Assembly (NCBI RefSeq): GCF_964194155.1
Contig: NC_135906.1
Location: 16,740,001 to 16,804,000 of the forward strand
Origin: Cetorhinus maximus
Lineage: Eukaryota
Reading direction: 5' to 3'
DNA: 64,000 nt
Each line of letters opens with the position of its first letter. Positions within the stretch are counted from its first letter, which is position 1. Positions 57,101 through 64,000 of this stretch are shown here, piece by piece. The translations under genes and the position numbers were made by a program. The notes below the pieces were generated by a model, which saw nothing but the letters and a program-made list of their open reading frames with translations, had not been told where the DNA came from and did no database searches.

Positions 57101-60100
57101 TCATCCTGATCTGAAACTACCCGCTCCTTATCCCGATCGGAAACTGTCCACTCCTCATCCCGATCCTGATCGGAAACTACCCGCTCCTCATTCCGATCCC
57201 GATTGGAAACTGCCCGCTCCTCATCCTGATCCTGATGTGAATCTGCCCACTCCTCATCCCGATTCCGATCCCAAATTGCCCACTGCTCACCCTGATCCTG
57301 ATCGGAAACTGCCCACTCCTCATCCCGATCCCAAACTGCACACTCCTCATCCCGATCCCAAATTGCCCACTGCTCACCCTGATCCCAAACTGCCCACTCC
57401 TCATCCCGATCCCAAACTGCCCACTCCTCATCCTGATCCCAAACTGCCCACTCCTCATCCTGATCTTAAACTACCCGCTGCTCATCCCGATCGGAAACTG
57501 CCCACTGCTCATCCTCATCCTGATCAGAACCTGCTCGCTCCTCATCCTGATCCTGATCCGAAACTGACCGCTCTTCATCCTGATCTGAAACTGCCCGCTC
57601 CTCATCCTCAACCTGAACTGAAACTGCCCGCTCCGCATCCTGATCCAAAACTGCCCGCTCCTCATCCTGATCTGAAACTACCCGCTCCTCATCCCGATCG
57701 GAAACTGCCCACTCCTCATCCTGATCCGAAACTGCCGACTCCCCATCCTGATCCTGATCCGAAACTGCCCACTCCTCATCCTGATCCAAAACTACCCGCT
57801 GCTCATCCCGATCCTGATCGGAATCTGCCCACTCCTCATCCTGATCTGAATCAGCCCAATTCACATCCCGATCCAAAATTTGCTGCTCGTCATCCTGATC
57901 CAAAACTGACCGCTCCTCATCCTGATCCAAATTTGCCCGCTCCTCATCCTGATCCTGACCTAAAACGGCCCGCTCATCATCCTGATCCGAAATTGCCCAC
58001 TGCTCATCCCGATCGGAAACTGCCCGCTCCCCATCCTGATCCTGTTCCGAAACTGCCAACTCTCATCCTGATCCGAAATTTCCCGCTCCTCATCCCGAAC
58101 CTGATCAGAAACTGCCCACTGCTCATCCCGATTCTGATCGGAAACTGCGCACTCCTCATCCCGATCCTGATCCGAAACTGCCCACTCCTCATCCGAAACT
58201 GACCGCTCCTCATCCTGATCTGAAACTACCCGCTCCTCATCCCGATCGGAAACTGTCCACTCCTCATCCCGATCCTGATCGGAAACTACCCGCTCCTCAT
58301 CCCGATCCCGATTGGAAACTGCCCACTCCTCATCCTGATCCAAAACTACCCGCTGCTCATCCCGATCCTGATCGGAATCTGCCCACTCCTCATCCTGATC
58401 TGAACCAGCCCAATTCACATCCCGATCCAAAATTTGCTGCTCGTCATCCTGATCCAAAACTGACCGCTCCTCATCCTGATCCAAATTTGCCCGCTCCTCA
58501 TCCTGATCCTGACCTAAAACGGCCCGCTCATCATCCTGATCCGAAATTGCCCGCTGCTCATCCCGATCGGAAACTGCCCGCTCCCCATCCTGATCCTGTT
58601 CCGAAACTGCCAACTCTCATCCTGATCCGAAATTTCCCGCTCCTCATCCCGAACCTGATCAGAAACTGCCCACTGCTCATCCCGATTCTGATCGGAAACT
58701 GCGCACTCCTCATCCCGATCCTGATCCGAAACTGCCAACTCCTCATCCGAAACTGACCGCTCCTCATCCTGATCTGAAACTACCCGCTCCTCATCCCGAT
58801 CGGAAACTGTCCACTCCTCATCCCGATCCTGATCGGAAACTACCCGCTCCTCATCCCGATCCCGATTGGAAACTGCCCACTCCTCATCCTGATCCAAAAC
58901 TACCCGCTGCTCATCCCGATCCTGATCGGAATCTGCCCACTCCTCATCCTGATCTGAATCAGCCCAATTCACATCCCGATCCAAAATTTGCTGCTCGTCA
59001 TCCTGATCCAAAACTGACCGCTCCTCATCCTGATCCAAATTTGCCCGCTCCTCATCCTGATCCTGACCTAAAACGGCCCGCTCATCATCCTGATCCGAAA
59101 TTGCCCGCTGCTCATCCCGATCGGAAACTGCCCGCTCCCCATCCTGATCCTGTTCCGAAACTGCCAACTCTCATCCTGATCCGAAATTTCCCGCTCCTCA
59201 TCCCGAACCTGATCAGAAATTGCCCACTGCTCATCCCGATTCTGATCGGAAGCTGCGCACTCCTCATCCCGATCCTGATCCGAAACTGCCCACTCCTCAT
59301 CCGAAACTGACCGCTCCTCATCCTGATCTGAAACTACCCGCTCCTCATCCCGATCGGAAACTGTCCACTCCTCATCCCGATCCTGATCGGAAACTACCCG
59401 CTCCTCATCCCGATCCCGATTGGAAACTGCCCACTCCTCATCCTGATCCTGATCCGAAACTGACCGCTCTTCATCCTGATCTGAAACTGCCCGCTCCGCA
59501 TCCTGATCCAAAACTGCCCGCTCCTCATCCTGATCCTGATCTGAAACTGCCCACTCCTCATCCTGATCCAAAGTGGCCCGCTCCTCATCCTGATCTGAAA
59601 CTACCCGCTCCTCATCCCGATCGGAAACTGCCCACTCCTCATCCTGATCCGAAACTGCCGACTCCCCATCCTGATCCTGATCCGAAACTGCCTACTCCTC
59701 ATCCTGATCCAAACCTACCCGCTGCTCATCCCGATCCTGATCGGAATCTGCCCACTCCTCATCCTGATCTGAACCAGCCGGAATTCACATCCCGATCCAA
59801 AATTTGCTGCTCGTCATCCTGATCCAAAACTGACCGCTCCTCATCCTGATCCAAATTTGCCCGCTCCTCATCCTGATCCTGACCTAAAACGGCCCGCTCA
59901 TCATCCTGATCCGAAATTGCCCGCTGCTCATCCCGATCGGAAACTGCCCGCTCCCTATCCTGATCCTGTTCCGAAACTGCCGACTCTTATCCTGATTGGA
60001 AATTGCCCACTCCTCATCCCGATCATGATCGGAAACTGCCCACTCCACATCCTGATCCAAAACTGCCCACTCCTCATCCCGATCCTGATACCAAATTTCC

Positions 60101-63100
60101 CACTCCTCATCCTGATTCCAAATTGCCCACTCTGCATCCCAATCAAAAACTGCCCGTTCCTCATCCCGATCCTGATCCCAAATTGCCCACTCCTCATCCT
60201 GATCCAAAACAACCCGCTCCTCATCCGGATCCCAAATTGCCCACTCCTCATCCTGATCCAAAACAGCCCACTCCTCATCCTGATCCAAAACAGCCCACTC
60301 CTCATCCTGATCCCAAATTGCCCACTCCCCATCCTGATACTGATCTGCAACTGACCGCTCATCATCATCTCGATCTTAAATTGCCCACACTTCTTCCTGA
60401 TCCAAAACTGCCCACGCGTCTTCGCGATCCCAAACTGCCCACTCCTCATCCTGATCCGAAACTGCCGACTCCTCATCCTGATCCTGATCAGAAACTGCCC
60501 ACTCCTCATCCTGATCTGAAACTGCCCACTCCTCATCCTGATCCTGATCTGAAACTGCCCACTCCTCATCCTGATCCTGATCTGAAACTGCCCACTGCTC
60601 ATCCTGATCTGAAACTGCCCAATTCACATCCCGATCCGAAATTTGCTGCTCGTCATCCTGATCCAAAACTGACCGCTCATCATCCTGATCCGAAATTGCC
60701 CGCTGCTCATCCCGATCGGAAACTGCCCGCTCCCCATCCTGATCCTGTTCCGAAACTGCCGACTCTTATCCTGATCGGAAATTGCCCACTCCTCATCCCG
60801 ATCCTGACTGGAAACTGCCCACTCCGTATCCTGATCCAAAACCGCCCACTCCGCATCCTGATCCAAAACTGCCCACTCATCCTGATCCTGATCTGAAACT
60901 GACCGCTCATCATCATCTCGATCTTAAATTGCCCACACTTCTTCCTGATCCAAAACTGCCAACTCTCATCCTGATCGGAAATTGCCCACTTCTCATCCTG
61001 ATCCTGATCAGAAACTGCCGACTCCTCATCCAGATCCGAAACTGCCGACTCCTCATCCTGATCCGAAACTGCCCACTCCTCATCCTGATCCGAAACTGCC
61101 CACTCCTCATCCTGATCCGAAACTGCCCACTCCTCATCCTGATCCGAAACTGCCCACTCCTCATCCTGATCCGAAACTGCCCACTCCTCATCCTGATCAG
61201 AAGCTGCCCACTCCGCATCCTGATTCGAAATTGCCCACCCCACATCCCGATCCCCAAACTGCCCGCTCATCATCCTGATCCGAAACTGGCCACTCCTCAT
61301 CCCGATCCCCAAACTGCCCGCTCATCATCCTGATCTGAAACTGCCCACTTCTCATCCTGATCCTGATCTGAAAGTGACCGCTCCTCATCCTCATCTCGAT
61401 CTGAAACTGGCCACTCCTCATCCTGATCTGAAACTGGCCGCTTCTAATCCTGATCCTGATCTGAAACTGCCCACTCCTCATCCTGATCCCAAATTGCCCA
61501 CTCCTCATCCTGATCCTGATCTGAACCAGCCCAATTCACATCCCGATCCGAAATTTACTGCTCGTCATCCTGATCCAAAACTGACCGCTCATCATCCTGA
61601 TCCAAAACTGACCGCTCCTCAACCAGATCCTAAACTGACCGCCCCTCATCCTGTTCCAAAATTGCCCGCTCCTCATCCTGATCCTGACCTGAAACGGCCC
61701 ACTCATCATCCTGATCCGAAATTGCCCGCTGCTCATCCTGATCGGAAACTGCCCGCTCCCCATCCTGATCCTGTTCCGAAACTGCCAACACTCATCCTGA
61801 TCCGAAACTGCCCACTCCTCATCCTGATCCGAAACTGCCCACTCCTCATCCTGATCCCAAACTGCCCACTGCTCATCCCGATCCCCAAACTGCCCACTCC
61901 TCATCCCGATCCACAAACTGCCCACTCCTCATCCCGATCCCCAAACAGCCCACTCCTCATCCCGATCCCCAAACTGCCCACTCCTCATCCCGCTCCCCAA
62001 ACTGCCCACTCCACATCCCGATCCACAAACTGCCCACTCCACATCCCGATCCCCAAACTGCCCACTCCACATCCCGATCCCCAAACTGCCCATTCCACAT
62101 CCCGATCCCCAAACTGCCCACTCCAAATCCCGATCCCCAAACTGCCCACTCCTCATCCCGATCCACAAACTGCCCACTCCTCATCCCGATCCCCAAACTG
62201 CCCACTCCTCATCCCGATCCCCAAACTGCCCACTCCTCATCCCGCTCCCCAAACTGCCCACTCCACATCCCGATCCCCAAACTGCCCACTCCACATCCCG
62301 ATCCCCAAACTGCCCACTCCACATCCCGATCCCCAAACTGCCCATTCCACATCCCGATCCCCAAACTGCCCAATCCACATCCCGATCCCCAAACTGCCCA
62401 CTCCAAATCCCGATCCCCAAACTGCCCACTCCACATCCCGATCCCCAAACTGCCCACTCCACATCCCGATCCCCAAACTGCCCACTCCACATCCCGATCC
62501 CCAAACTGCCCGCTCCATATCCCGATCCCCAAACTGCCCGCTCCATATCCCGATCCCCAAACTGCCCGCTCCTCATCCTGATCCGAAACTGGCCACTCCT
62601 CATCCTGATCCGAAACTGGCCACTCCGCATCCTGATCCGAAACTGCCCACTCCTCATCCTGATCCGAAACTGCCCACTCCTCATCCTGATCTGAAACTGC
62701 CCACTCCTCATCCTGATCCTAAATTGCCCACTCCTCATCCAGATCCGAAACTGCCCACTCCTCATCCTGATCTTGATCTGAAACTGACCGCTCCTCATCC
62801 TCATCTCAAACCAAAATTGCCCACTTCTCATCCCGATCAGAAAATTGCTCACTCGTTATCCTGTTCCAAAACTGCCCGCTCCACATCCTGATCCCCAAAC
62901 TGCCCACTCCACATCCCGATCCCCAAACTGCCCACTCCACATCCCGATCCCCAAACTGCCCACTCCACATCCCGATCGCCAAACTGCCCGCTCATCATCC
63001 TGATCCGAAACTGGCCACTCCGCATCCTGATCCCAAACTACCCGCTCCCCATCCTGATCCTGCTCCGACACTGCCAACTCTCATCCTGATCCGAAACTAC

Positions 63101-64000
63101 CCGCTCCTCATCCCGATCCAAAACAGCCCGCTCCTCATCCTGATCCGAAACTGCCCACTGCTCATCCCGATCCTGATCGGAAACTGCGCACTGCCCATCC
63201 CGATCGGAAATTGCCCACTCCTCATCCCGATCCGAAACTGGCCACTCCTCATCCTGATCTGAAACTGCCCACTCTGCAGCCTGATCCGAAACTGGCCACT
63301 CCTCATCCTGATCTGAAACTGCCCACTCTGCATCCTGATCCGAAACTGCCCACTCCTCATCCTGATCCCAAATTTCCCACTCCTCATCCTGATCCCAAAT
63401 TGCCCACTCCTCATCCTGATCCCAAATTGCCCACTCTGCATCCCCATCCAAAACTGCCCATTCCTCATCCCGATCCTGATCCCAAATTGCCCACTCCTCA
63501 TCCTGACCCAAAACAGCCCACTGCTCATCCTGATCCCAAATTGCCCACTCCTCTTCCTGATCCCAAACTGCCCACTCCTCATCCTGATCCAAAATTGCCC
63601 ACTCCTCATCCCGATCCTGACTGGAAACTGCCCACTCCGTATCCTGATCCAAAACCGCCCACTCCGCATCCTGATCCAAAACTGCCCACTCATCCTGATC
63701 CTGATCTGAAACTGACCGCTCATCATCATCTCGAGCTTAAATTGCCCATACGTCTTCCTGATCCAAAACTGCCAACTCTCATCCTGATCGGAAATTGCCC
63801 ACTCCTCATCCTGATCCTGATCAGAAACTGCCGACTCCTCATCCTGATCCGAAACTGCCCACTCCTCATCCTGATCCGAAACTGCCCACTCCTCATCCTG
63901 ATCAGAAGCTGCCCACTCCGCATCCTGATTCGAAATTGCCCACCCCACATCCCGATCCCCAAACTGCCCGCTCATCATCCTGATCCGAAACTGGCCACTC
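48115..64000. repeat. Large satellite array: 27 bp unit gaaactgcccactcctcatcctgatcc, 33 bp variants (extra gatccy hexamer), a 28 bp sub-array at ~61860-62560, and higher-order duplications
   Basis: Continuous to the end of the window; all KLPTPHPDP, DQDEEWAVS and IRMRSGQF ORFs are frames of this unit. Confidence 0.97.

Overview
Eukaryotic, vertebrate genomic DNA. The repeat content (esterase-ORF1 CR1 LINE, Penelope-like relics, Deu-type SINE relics) and gene sequences point to a cartilaginous fish (shark); this is an inference. I reconstructed five intact multi-exon genes by hand, all with GT-AG junctions and continuous frames: DHPS (+, 9 coding exons, 373 aa), WDR83/MORG1 (-, 9 exons, 316 aa), WDR83OS/Asterix (+, 4 exons, 101 aa), ALKBH7 (+, 4 exons, 225 aa) and a GDNF-family ligand, persephin by synteny (-, 2 exons, 186 aa). 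WDR83 and WDR83OS are head-to-head with only 58 nt between their ATGs. DHPS/WDR83 and ALKBH7/PSPN are tail-to-tail. Introns hold many minisatellites and LINE fragments, including a near full-length CR1. The last ~16 kb (48.1-64 kb) is a 27/33-bp satellite with higher-order structure, which accounts for the long repeat ORFs in the ORF track. I found no clearly new biological system. The best leads are hammerhead-ribozyme relics in a Penelope-like inverted-repeat element, a 28-copy AATAAA array upstream of ALKBH7, crossed poly(A) signals with an AU-rich element at the ALKBH7/PSPN junction, the artemin-like persephin and the frame-preserving satellite.
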